Below, piece by piece: positions 9,992 through 19,169 of a DNA stretch of 57,222 nucleotides. The DNA is from Candidatus Nealsonbacteria bacterium (GTDB lineage: Bacteria > Patescibacteriota > Minisyncoccia > Minisyncoccales > GWA2-38-27). The notes under the pieces were generated by a model, which saw nothing but the letters and a program-made list of their open reading frames with translations, searched no databases and was not told the origin of the DNA. How positions within the stretch are numbered: position 1 is the stretch's first letter; each line of letters opens with the position of its first letter. A program made the position numbers and the translations under genes. The stretch spans positions 1-57,222 of the forward strand of contig JAUWWC010000003.1 in assembly GCA_030617105.1 (NCBI GenBank), in the 5' to 3' direction.

Positions 9992-10123
9992 CTATTTTTT
10001 TAACTTCCGTCTTCTCAGCTTCCCTCGACCGCAAACCATACATCTGCCCCTTTGACTAGTTAAAGTTTTCTTTCCCCCGCATTGCATACTATGACAAGGC
10101 GTTCTCTTGTTCTTACGTCCCAT
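9992..10123 (-). CDS. 43-aa basic four-Cys micro-protein, not in the ORF track
   Basis: Hand translation MGRKNKRTPCHSMQCGGKKTLTSQRGRCMVCGRGKLRRRKLKK; GAAAGGG SD; TTGACA-17-TAAATT promoter with -35 at 10207-10212. Confidence 0.65.
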   Translation of the reverse strand: MGRKNKRTPCHSMQCGGKKTLTSQRGRCMVCGRGKLRRRKLKK

Positions 10124-10212
10124 CTAAAGGCCCTTTCAATAATATTTGTTAAACAAATTGAATTTTAAAAAAACAATAATTTTAATTTAATGCAAATTAG
10201 AATTTTTGTCAA

Positions 10213-11736
10213 TTAAATTTTGGGGAATAATAGCTTTTCTTTTTTGATTCTTGTTCCAGATTTAATATTAGTCCAGCTGTCTTTGTAATTTGGGTTTTTA
10301 CCCAATAATTTCTCAATTTTTAAAGATTTGGCAATTTCTAAAGCAGTATCAGGTATAAAAATATAAACTTGCCAAGCAAGTTGATGAAGAGCATCTAATA
10401 GACCATATAATACCCAATTTAATTCTTCCTTTTTTCCTTCTTTGGCCAGTTGCCAAGGTTTATTTTTCTCAATATATTTATCAGCTTCACTAATAAATTT
10501 CCAGATAGAAGACAAAGCTTCATTGAACTGATAATTATTCAAATATTTATCTAAATCCTGCCAGGCCTTTTTCCAATTATAAATTTTCTCATCAACTCTT
10601 AAAGCATGGCTGTCTGGATTCTTATCTATTTTTGGAACCTTACTATCACAATATTTCTCAGCCATTGTTAAAACCCTTGCTACTAAATTCCCAATTCCTG
10701 ATGCTAAATCAGAATTATATCTTTGCTCAAACTTTTCATAGGTAAAATCACCATCCTCAGTTGAGGGGATCTCCCGTAAAAGAAAATACCTAACAGCATC
10801 TGTTCCATATTTTTTAACAAGCTCAAAGGGATCAATCACATTGCCCAATGACTTAGACATCTTCTGCCCATCAACAGTTATAAAGCCGTGAGCAAAAATC
10901 TTCTTTGGCAAAGGCAGTCCTAAAGACAATAATAAACTCCCCCAAATTACACTATGGTGCCAAAGTATGTCTTTTCCAATAACATGAACATCTGCTGGCC
11001 AAAATTTTCTAAATTTATCATTTGGATAACTAATGGTTGTTAAGTAATTTATTAAAGCGTCCACCCAAACGGACAATGTCAATTTCTTATCAAACGGAAG
11101 TGGAACTCCCCACTCAACTGTTTTTCTAGAAATACTTAAATCCCGCAAGGGTTCTTTCAATCGGTTTAAAATCTCACTTCTTCTGCTTTCTGGAATAACG
11201 AAATTTTTGTTCTCTTGAATATACTTCAAAAGTTGTCTCTGATATTTACTCATCCTGAAAAAGTAAGTCTCTTCTTCAATCGTTTCCAGGGCTTTACGAT
11301 GTACAGGGCATTTATTATCCACTAAATCTTTTGGCAAATAAAAACTTTCGCAATCTACACAATATAAACCTTTATATTTCCCTTTGTAGATACCACCTTT
11401 TTTGTATATCTTTTTGATAAGCTCTTGAACAACTTTTATATGTCTTTTTTCTGTAGTTCTAATAAAATCATCGTTGGAAATATTCAATACTTTACATAAA
11501 TCTCTAAAGTACTTACTTGTTTCATCTACAAATTCCTGAGGTTTTTTGTTCGCTTTTTGCGCATATCTCTGAATTTTTTGGCCATGCTCGTCCAGCCCGG
11601 TGCTGAAATGCACATCAAAACCCTGCAATCTTTTATATCGCGCTAAAACATCAGCCTGAACTTTCTCCAAGGCATGGCCGAGATGCGGCTTCTCCGAGGG
11701 ATAATCTATGGCCGTAGAAATATAAAACTTTTTCAT
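10213..11736 (-). CDS. metG: Methionine-tRNA ligase, short form
   Basis: PHLGH, DEHGQKI, zinc knuckle, GKDI and KMSKSLGN motifs. Confidence 0.97.
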   Translation of the reverse strand: MKKFYISTAIDYPSEKPHLGHALEKVQADVLARYKRLQGFDVHFSTGLDEHGQKIQRYAQKANKKPQEFVDETSKYFRDLCKVLNISNDDFIRTTEKRHIKVVQELIKKIYKKGGIYKGKYKGLYCVDCESFYLPKDLVDNKCPVHRKALETIEEETYFFRMSKYQRQLLKYIQENKNFVIPESRRSEILNRLKEPLRDLSISRKTVEWGVPLPFDKKLTLSVWVDALINYLTTISYPNDKFRKFWPADVHVIGKDILWHHSVIWGSLLLSLGLPLPKKIFAHGFITVDGQKMSKSLGNVIDPFELVKKYGTDAVRYFLLREIPSTEDGDFTYEKFEQRYNSDLASGIGNLVARVLTMAEKYCDSKVPKIDKNPDSHALRVDEKIYNWKKAWQDLDKYLNNYQFNEALSSIWKFISEADKYIEKNKPWQLAKEGKKEELNWVLYGLLDALHQLAWQVYIFIPDTALEIAKSLKIEKLLGKNPNYKDSWTNIKSGTRIKKEKLLFPKI

Positions 11737-11793
11737 AATCTTAAAAGGAGGTTCTAGCCTCCTTTTAGTTTTACCATAATTTTAATATAAAAT

Positions 11794-12822
11794 CTACACT
11801 GTTACTGCTTTTCCATCTCTTCTTCTTTGCAAAAACTCTTTCAGGAATTCAAATAATATGCCAAATAAAGGAATGGCTAAAACTGCTCCAAGCAATCCCC
11901 AAAGATTTGCTCCAACAACCAAAGAAATTAAAACCAAAGCAGGAGGCAGGCCAACAAATTTCTTCATTAATATAGGAGAAAGAATGCTGTTCTCAATTTG
12001 CTGAATTAAGGCAAAGGTAATCAGAACAAAAATTGCCTTGAACATCTCTGTTGGGAAAATAATCAAAAATAGAACAATTCCTGTCAGAAGTGGTCCTACA
12101 TAAGGAATAAAATTAAACACACCAGCGAATAAAGCCAAAGTAAAAGGATATTTTACATTAAAAAGCGAAAAGGCAACATAAGAGGCTAAACCAACAAATA
12201 AACAAGCTAAAACCCGCGCGCCAAACCAACCAGCTACTTTCTTTTGACATCGTGCCCAAACATTCAATACCTGAGCTTCATATCTTTTAGGAAACAAGAG
12301 AATTAAAGTTCTCTCAATTGATTTCTCTTCCATAGAAAGAAAGATAGCAGTAATAATAACAAATAAAGTTGTGAAAACACCGCCAAAGATAGTAAATAAA
12401 ACACTAAAAATATTCTCTGCCATTCCTTCCAAAGTTTCTCCCAGAGCTTTCAAAAAACTCTCAATATTCTCAAATGCCTGAAAACCAAGTCCTTTTAATG
12501 GAGGAGAGATTTTCTCAAAATATTCAGGAAAGGACTCTAAAAATGCCTGAATCTCAGAGATAAACAAAGGAATGACTAAAAAAATTAATAAACTTAGCAT
12601 TCCAAAAGTGCCAACATAAATAAGCACAACACTAAGAATGCGGGGAATTCTTCTCTTCTGTAAAAAATTAACAGCTGGATTAAATAATACAGAAATTGTC
12701 AAAGCAAAAATAAACCAAATCAGAATATCTCTAATTGAGTAAAGAATATAGAAACAGGCAACAGCAATAGAAATCTTTACAATTGTTCTCCAAGATATAT
12801 CTAATACTTTTTCTCCATTCAT
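11794..12822 (-). CDS. AI-2E family transporter
   Basis: Multiple TM segments; NFIPYVGP, QQIENSILSP and G.LGAVLAIP motifs. Confidence 0.9.
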   Translation of the reverse strand: MNGEKVLDISWRTIVKISIAVACFYILYSIRDILIWFIFALTISVLFNPAVNFLQKRRIPRILSVVLIYVGTFGMLSLLIFLVIPLFISEIQAFLESFPEYFEKISPPLKGLGFQAFENIESFLKALGETLEGMAENIFSVLFTIFGGVFTTLFVIITAIFLSMEEKSIERTLILLFPKRYEAQVLNVWARCQKKVAGWFGARVLACLFVGLASYVAFSLFNVKYPFTLALFAGVFNFIPYVGPLLTGIVLFLIIFPTEMFKAIFVLITFALIQQIENSILSPILMKKFVGLPPALVLISLVVGANLWGLLGAVLAIPLFGILFEFLKEFLQRRRDGKAVTV

Positions 12823-14081
12823 AATCTTAATAATTTTTGAAATTTACCTTTGTCTTTAAATGGGCCTATTAAAGCTAAATTCAACTTCTTAGGCTGAAAA
12901 ATATCTTTACTAACCTTTAAAATATCATTAACACTTACTTTATTAATTTTAGCATAAATTTCTTTTGAAGTTAAAATTCTATTCTCAAGAAGCTCTTGGC
13001 CTCCATAAAAAGATGCCTGAGCATCAGAAGCTTCCAATTGCAAACTCATTTTTCCTTTAATATAATCTTTGGCTTTTTTAAGTTCTTGAGCTGGGATTTT
13101 TTTCTGAGAAATCTTTTTATACTCTTTCAAAATAGTTGAAATTGCTTTCTCAACATTTTTATTATCAACACCTACCTGAGTAATTAAAAATCCAGTATCT
13201 GGATCAGCTGAAACCTCCGTGCTAATATAATAAGCCAATCCAAGTTTTTCTCTAACCTCAATAAATAATCTTGAACTCATCATCCCTCCTAAAATAATTC
13301 CCAAAATTTGCTGAGCATATCTTAGAGCGTGAGAAAGGCTATAAGCTCTTGCGCCAAGACAAAGATGGGTCTGGTCAGTTCTTCTTTCTTTTAAAAGACA
13401 TTCTGGTCCTGTCTGTCGCTCAATAACCTTTACTTTTCCAGGGGGCTTAGTAGTTTTTATTTTTGAAAAAGCATGCTTGATTTTCTTAATTACCTGATTT
13501 TCTAATTTCCCGGCTAAACAAACAATAGTGTTTGAGGCAACATATTGATTCTTTAGATAATCTCCAAGTTTTTGCTGAGAGATTCCCAATACAGTCTCTT
13601 TTGTTCCAGCAATATTCCATCCAGCTGGCTGGTCACCATATAAAAGTTCTCTCCATAGAATTTGGACATAAGACATTGGGTTGTCAAAAAGCATATTAAT
13701 CTCTTCAAGAATGACTCCTTTTTCTCTTTTAATCTGTTGAGCATTAAGCTTTGAGTTTAAAAAAATATCAGAAACCCAATCTAAAGCTAAATCAAAATGA
13801 TTAGCATCAACTTTGGCAAAAAATCCAGTGTATTCTTCCCCAGTAAAAGCATTGTAGATTCCTCCCACCTTATCTAAGGTTTCAGCAATAGCCGTAGTAT
13901 TGGGTCGCTTCTTGGTTCCCTTAAAAAGCATGTGTTCTAAAAAATGAGAGATGCCCTTTATTTGTTTCTTCTCGTACTTAGAGCCAGTGCCAACCAATAC
14001 TAAAACCGTTACTGCTTGAGTCCCCTTTTGCGGAACAGTAATAATCCTTAATCCATTTTCTAAAGTTGTTTTCTTAAACAT
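12819..14081 (-). CDS. M16 family zinc peptidase
   Basis: HFLEH inverted zincin motif; NAFT; SRLF.EVREK.GLAY. Confidence 0.95.
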   Translation of the reverse strand: MFKKTTLENGLRIITVPQKGTQAVTVLVLVGTGSKYEKKQIKGISHFLEHMLFKGTKKRPNTTAIAETLDKVGGIYNAFTGEEYTGFFAKVDANHFDLALDWVSDIFLNSKLNAQQIKREKGVILEEINMLFDNPMSYVQILWRELLYGDQPAGWNIAGTKETVLGISQQKLGDYLKNQYVASNTIVCLAGKLENQVIKKIKHAFSKIKTTKPPGKVKVIERQTGPECLLKERRTDQTHLCLGARAYSLSHALRYAQQILGIILGGMMSSRLFIEVREKLGLAYYISTEVSADPDTGFLITQVGVDNKNVEKAISTILKEYKKISQKKIPAQELKKAKDYIKGKMSLQLEASDAQASFYGGQELLENRILTSKEIYAKINKVSVNDILKVSKDIFQPKKLNLALIGPFKDKGKFQKLLRL

Positions 14082-15367
14082 TCTATTAAATCTTTAATCT
14101 TAACTCTCTTCTGTTTCATTGTGTTTCTATCTCTCACAGTAACATCATCATTTTTCAAACTATCAAAATCAATGGTTATTGCAAAAACACATCCAATTTC
14201 ATCTAATCTTCTGTATCTTCTTCCGATTGAGCCGACTTCATCGTATTGAGTCATAAAATGAGGTTTGAGTATCTGATAAACCTGTTTTGCTTTTTTAACT
14301 ATTTCTGCCTTGTTTTTTACTAAAGGCAGAACTGCTGCTTTGATTGGGGCTAAGGATTTATCAAGCTTAAGTAAAACTTCAAGCTCTTTTGCTGACTTAG
14401 TAGTTTTTGTTCTTCCTCCTTTTACTTCAGTATAAGCATCACAAAGAAAGGCAAATAAACTCCTATCAACACCAACTGATGTCTCAATAATATATGGGAA
14501 ATATCCTTCATATTTTAAATCCTCTCCACTATGCTTTGAATGATTAGATAAATCCCAATCCCCCCTATTATGAATTCCTTCTATCTCCTGCCATCCAAAA
14601 GGAAACCTATACTCAATATCAATTGCTCTTTTAGCATAATGAGGAAGTTCGTTTTTAGGAACTTCTTTTGCTCTTAAATTCTTTTTACTAATCCCTAAAT
14701 TCAAATACCAATTTATTCTTTGTTTTTTCCAATAATCAAAGAGCTTTGGACCTGTTTTTGGTTCACAAAACCACTGCATTTCCATTTGCTCAAATTCACG
14801 AGTTCTATAAATAAAATCTTTAGGAGTAATTTCGTTTCTAAATGCCTTGCCAATCTGAGCTATGCCAAATGGAATCTTCATTCTCATTGATTGCAAAACA
14901 TTCTTGAAATTAGTATAGATTCCCTGACAAGTTTCAGCTCTTAAATAAGTTGCTGCTGCTTCATCTTCAACAGGTCCAACAAATGTCTTCATCATTAGAT
15001 TAAACTTCTTTGGCTTTGTTAATGCTCCCCCGCAATCGGGACACCCTGATGGTTTTTTGATTTCGTCTAAACGAAATCGCTTATGGCATTTCTTACATTC
15101 CACTAATTCATCAGCAAAACCAGCTGTTAAATGACCAGAGGCCTTCCAAACTTTAGGACTCATTAAGATAGCTGCATCAAAGCCAACAATATCATTTTGC
15201 TTTTTGAGCATCTCATCCCACCAGACCTTTTTAATATTATTCTTCATTTCTACACCCAAAGGACCAAAATCATAACAAGAGCCAAATCCTCCATAAATCT
15301 CAGACGAAGGAAAAACAAAACCTCTTCTTTTGCTTAAAGATACAATTTTTTCCATTAAATCCGCCAT
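14060..15367 (-). CDS. glyQS: Glycine-tRNA ligase, alpha2 type
   Basis: RRGFVFPSSEIYGG, YLRAETCQG, FRNEITP, REFEQME and SIGRRYRR motifs. Confidence 0.97.
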   Translation of the reverse strand: MADLMEKIVSLSKRRGFVFPSSEIYGGFGSCYDFGPLGVEMKNNIKKVWWDEMLKKQNDIVGFDAAILMSPKVWKASGHLTAGFADELVECKKCHKRFRLDEIKKPSGCPDCGGALTKPKKFNLMMKTFVGPVEDEAAATYLRAETCQGIYTNFKNVLQSMRMKIPFGIAQIGKAFRNEITPKDFIYRTREFEQMEMQWFCEPKTGPKLFDYWKKQRINWYLNLGISKKNLRAKEVPKNELPHYAKRAIDIEYRFPFGWQEIEGIHNRGDWDLSNHSKHSGEDLKYEGYFPYIIETSVGVDRSLFAFLCDAYTEVKGGRTKTTKSAKELEVLLKLDKSLAPIKAAVLPLVKNKAEIVKKAKQVYQILKPHFMTQYDEVGSIGRRYRRLDEIGCVFAITIDFDSLKNDDVTVRDRNTMKQKRVKIKDLIECLRKQL

Positions 15368-15410
15368 TAGTTTATTCTAACTTATTTTCCCAAAAACAAA
15401 AAGGGCTGGA

Positions 15411-15623
15411 TTATTTCCCAGCCCTATTAAAAGATTCCTCCTTGAAGGCTCGCAACTTTTCCCCAGCTTTCTTGAGAAGTCCTCTATAGTTGTCATCCGG
15501 AAGCTTTCTTTCAACCCAGCGCGTAATTCTATAGCCGGCAAAACCATAAACATAAAGTAGTACCTTTCGTTCATCAGTAGAAAGATCGGGACACTGCTCT
15601 ATTATCTCTTTTGTAGTTTCCAT
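15411..15623 (-). CDS. Hypothetical protein
   Basis: AGGAGG SD inside the end of the upstream gene; agggctgg/ccagccct hairpin at its stop. Confidence 0.6.
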   Translation of the reverse strand: METTKEIIEQCPDLSTDERKVLLYVYGFAGYRITRWVERKLPDDNYRGLLKKAGEKLRAFKEESFNRAGK

Positions 15624-15624
15624 T

Positions 15625-16227
15625 TCAAAAACCTCCTTTCGGTTTTCTTAAAGACCAAATTCCAACTACAAAATGTAGTAAAAAACAATTAATTGGATAA
15701 AACAACATATAAGCGCCTTTCCATTCGAGAAATACAGCAATCAGATGAAATATATAAGCTGCGCTAAAGATAAACCAAGGCAATGGGTTTTGCTCGTTTT
15801 CGGGATTCTTCCATAATCCACGGTAAGTGGGTATAAAAGAAATCGCAATACTGGGTTGCAAAATCAAATTAGCATAAATAGCGCCAGTCCTAGTAAAACG
15901 ATACCGCCACCAAACAAGAAGAGCGATAATGCCTAAAACTAAAGCAATATCATCCCAAAAATCTAATTTAGAGAAATTGCCCCTAAATAAACATCGGAAA
16001 AACACTAGAATACAAGCAATAGTGCTAACAGTAGGCAATATTGCTAAAGGCCAATGCTCGCCCATTATAAAATAGCTGACACAGTTTGAGCTAGAGATAA
16101 AAACCCATAACAACCAAGTAGCTTTTCTAGGACAAGAAATACCAAGAACTGCCTGTTTGTTATATCTGTAAAATGCTACAACATGCATTAAGCCAGCAGT
16201 AACTCCTAATATCACTTCGATAGTCAT
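15625..16227 (-). CDS. Hypothetical multi-pass membrane protein; start reassigned to MTIEVILG
   Basis: 6-7 hydrophobic segments; GGAGG SD and TTGACT-17-TATAAT promoter ahead of ATG 16227. Confidence 0.75.
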   Translation of the reverse strand: MTIEVILGVTAGLMHVVAFYRYNKQAVLGISCPRKATWLLWVFISSSNCVSYFIMGEHWPLAILPTVSTIACILVFFRCLFRGNFSKLDFWDDIALVLGIIALLVWWRYRFTRTGAIYANLILQPSIAISFIPTYRGLWKNPENEQNPLPWFIFSAAYIFHLIAVFLEWKGAYMLFYPINCFLLHFVVGIWSLRKPKGGF

Positions 16228-16344
16228 AAAGCACCTCCATTTCTGTTTTAAAAGAGCCAATCTTTTTTGATAAGTTATTATATTTTCTAAAAAACAAAAA
16301 GTCAAGAAAAAAGTCCTGTTCAGAAAATCCTGACTCAGGACTTA

Positions 16345-16581
16345 TTACAATAATCCAAACCTCTCTTTTTTTCTAACAATGAATGGCTTAAGTTTTTTTC
16401 TATCTTCAAAATGAACACAATGTACAAAATCAGCAAAACAGAATCTCTCAGACCATTTTTTCTGATGAATCTTGCATCCAGTAATTCTTTTTAGATCTCT
16501 AATCTTTTCTTCAATAATATATGTTGCGCAAAATTTAAAAAACAGACATGCTCCACACTCTTTTTCTATATCTTCTTTCAT
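16345..16581 (-). CDS. Small Cys-rich hypothetical protein; start MKEDIEKE
   Basis: GAGGTG SD before ATG 16581; CGAC...C...C motif; agtcctg/caggact hairpin downstream. Confidence 0.6.
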   Translation of the reverse strand: MKEDIEKECGACLFFKFCATYIIEEKIRDLKRITGCKIHQKKWSERFCFADFVHCVHFEDRKKLKPFIVRKKERFGLL

Positions 16582-16610
16582 AATCCCACCTCTTTTCTTT
16601 TTTAAAGAAC

Positions 16611-18167
16611 TTATTTTGCAAGCTTTGAAGCTTCGCCTTGAATAAATGATTCTGTCCACTGATCTTCTCCAGTAATTACTGCTTCATTAATAATTGTCTG
16701 GCCAGATGCTAAAGAAACTTGAAAAGAAATGCTCGGTGCTTCATTAAGAATACCTGTTCCTGCTTCCATATCTCCAATCATCCAGACAATTTCTCTGCTT
16801 CCGCTGTCATAAGCAAACTTTGACGATTCGCTTTCAGGGAAAATATTACCAAATAAGTTTACTTCTGAAGGCAAAATTGCTTTTACTTTAACATTTTTAA
16901 CATCGTTGAGATAATTCTTAGCCTGCCAGGTTATAGTATAAATATCACCTTGTTGAGAAGCTTGTTGAGAAATCTCTAATTTTGAATTTACTTTTGTTTC
17001 AAACTCTTCTTTTACCTGAGAAATCAAAATTGTATTCTTTAAAAGAGCATTTCTTTCTTCAAGGCTGCTAATTGCCCAGTCATCTTTGAGATTAATCCAA
17101 AACTCAACTTTTCCTTCTTTGCCCTGGTCTAAAAACTTAAGCTTTGGAACATCTCTCCAATCCCAGATTACAGAATTGTCTCCTGTTTGAAATTGGCCTG
17201 ATTCACTTTTTATTGTATCAAAATCAAATCCATCTCCATCAAGAGTTGCTACTAAAAACAAATCCTTGAATGGCTCTTCGCTAATATTCCTAAAGAAAAC
17301 TTCATAATGAAGCAAATCGCCAGGACTGGCAGTATAATTACTTTGTCCATTTATATGCTGAAAAATAGAAAGCTGGGGCCTGGTAATCTCTACCCCTCTT
17401 GTTATTTCTTTTAAAATAATAAATTCATCATCCTGCCAAACACCAATAGCAGCTTTAAACATTTTCTGTTCTTTAAGTTCTCCAGAAAGATTGCCGCTGA
17501 TTTCAATTCTTCCTCCTTCAGCTTTATTTAAAAGAGAAATCTCCCATTCTGTCTTATCCAAACCCTTAGGGTCACTTGTTAAAAACTCAAAGCCATCAGG
17601 ATACTCAATTCTTATACCTAAATTAGTAAGTGGGTAGTCCAAGCTTGAGAAATAATTTAAAGAAAACTTGAAATCCCTGCCTGCTTCTATTCTTGAGGCA
17701 AGGTCAAAATCAAAAGTCAAAGGAACTGCATCAATTACAGTATTTAATGTAGTGGTTGATTCATAACGTGCTTGTAGGTTTTTCACGCGATAACTCAACC
17801 AGGCCTTAGCTGTCTTCACTTCCCCGTCTCTTCCTAAAAGCCGTCCCTTAAATTGGAAGGTTTTTTCTTCTCCAGGATAAATATCTCCTAATTCCTCAGT
17901 CCCTATTTCTATTCTTCTTGAAACACCCTGTTCTAATAAAGTATATTCTGGGAATTCAAAAATAAGGCGGGGCTCTTCTAATCTAACATCCCCATTATTC
18001 TTATACTTCACTGTATATTCAATTTCCCGTGCAACTGATGCATTTCCAGGACCTAAGATTTCCAATTTCAGAATCTCTTTTGAATAAGGATTTCTCTGCC
18101 AATACCAATAACCAGCTATTCCAAGAATTGCAGCTAAAGCTATAACTAAAATGATAACTTTTCTCAT
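16611..18167 (-). CDS. Membrane-anchored extracellular beta-sandwich repeat protein (DUF11-like)
   Basis: N-terminal TM anchor; repeated Y...Y.N.G Ig-like segments. Confidence 0.7.
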   Translation of the reverse strand: MRKVIILVIALAAILGIAGYWYWQRNPYSKEILKLEILGPGNASVAREIEYTVKYKNNGDVRLEEPRLIFEFPEYTLLEQGVSRRIEIGTEELGDIYPGEEKTFQFKGRLLGRDGEVKTAKAWLSYRVKNLQARYESTTTLNTVIDAVPLTFDFDLASRIEAGRDFKFSLNYFSSLDYPLTNLGIRIEYPDGFEFLTSDPKGLDKTEWEISLLNKAEGGRIEISGNLSGELKEQKMFKAAIGVWQDDEFIILKEITRGVEITRPQLSIFQHINGQSNYTASPGDLLHYEVFFRNISEEPFKDLFLVATLDGDGFDFDTIKSESGQFQTGDNSVIWDWRDVPKLKFLDQGKEGKVEFWINLKDDWAISSLEERNALLKNTILISQVKEEFETKVNSKLEISQQASQQGDIYTITWQAKNYLNDVKNVKVKAILPSEVNLFGNIFPESESSKFAYDSGSREIVWMIGDMEAGTGILNEAPSISFQVSLASGQTIINEAVITGEDQWTESFIQGEASKLAK

Positions 18168-18170
18168 GCT

Positions 18171-18869
18171 TTAATCATATCTAAGCTCTTTCAAAAAATC
18201 AAGAGAGATTGTCTCTAATGCTTTTTTATGAGAATCTTGTATTTTCAATCTTAATAAAATGTTCCAGTCCTTTTTAAGAAAAAGACGTAGAATCTTAATA
18301 ACCTCTGGGCATATCTCTTTATCAACTGAACCCTCAAAACAAACAGAGCAGACTATTGCTCCTTCTTCTGGATTAAAATATAGTTTTCCAGGACCAAGTT
18401 TTTTCTGGCAACCAATACAATGATATAAATCAATTTGGTATCCTAAGATTGATAATAAGTTCCAGAGAAAATAATAGTAGATCAAAGAATAATTATTTAT
18501 TTTGTCAAAAACCTCTCTTAATAAATTCCAAATATCTTCATCTTTTTCTTCTCCCTTAATTAACTCATCAGCGTTTTCAGCAATTTGACTAGCGGTCTCT
18601 AATTTGTCTAAATCCTCCCTTATATTCTTAAACTTTTCAATTGCCATTGCATCAGTTAAGGTCTTATGATTCTTTCCTTGTATAAATTCAATTTCTGATA
18701 AATAAAAAAGCTCTACTCCAGCTCTAAGTTTTGATTTAATTTTTCTAATTGCTTTACCTAAAATCTTTAGTTTGCCAAAGTCCTTAGTATAAATAGTAAA
18801 AACCTGATCTGCCTCTCGCAAATCAGTTTTCTTTAATATAAAAGCTTGAGTTCTGTAATGAATCGCCAT
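18171..18869 (-). CDS. recO: DNA repair protein RecO
   Basis: EAD..FT...GK...RK.KS N-terminus; CxxC...CxxC zinc site. Confidence 0.93.
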   Translation of the reverse strand: MAIHYRTQAFILKKTDLREADQVFTIYTKDFGKLKILGKAIRKIKSKLRAGVELFYLSEIEFIQGKNHKTLTDAMAIEKFKNIREDLDKLETASQIAENADELIKGEEKDEDIWNLLREVFDKINNYSLIYYYFLWNLLSILGYQIDLYHCIGCQKKLGPGKLYFNPEEGAIVCSVCFEGSVDKEICPEVIKILRLFLKKDWNILLRLKIQDSHKKALETISLDFLKELRYD

Positions 18870-19165
18870 TATAGATTTTTTCCTCCAAGTTCCTTCAAGT
18901 ATCTAATTTTTCTGTCTACAGCTGCCTTCTCCCTAGGAGTTTTTACATTTCTTTTGCTAGTCTGCAGGTCCCGAATAGCCCTTCTGTATTCATGTTTATC
19001 AATCTGACTTCCATATTTTGGCCCAAATACTTCTCTTGTCATACTGCTCCTTTGCCTATGATAATACTTCTTACCACCAGTTCCTGGTATTCTTCCGTGA
19101 TGCTTTCTAAGGGTTGTGCCTAATTCCCTTCTTGAAATAGATTTTCTTTTATTGTAAATACCCAT
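18869..19165 (-). CDS. Small highly basic hypothetical protein
   Basis: Tightly packed between ileS and recO; K/R-rich. Confidence 0.7.
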   Translation of the reverse strand: MGIYNKRKSISRRELGTTLRKHHGRIPGTGGKKYYHRQRSSMTREVFGPKYGSQIDKHEYRRAIRDLQTSKRNVKTPREKAAVDRKIRYLKELGGKNL

Positions 19166-19169
19166 ATTT

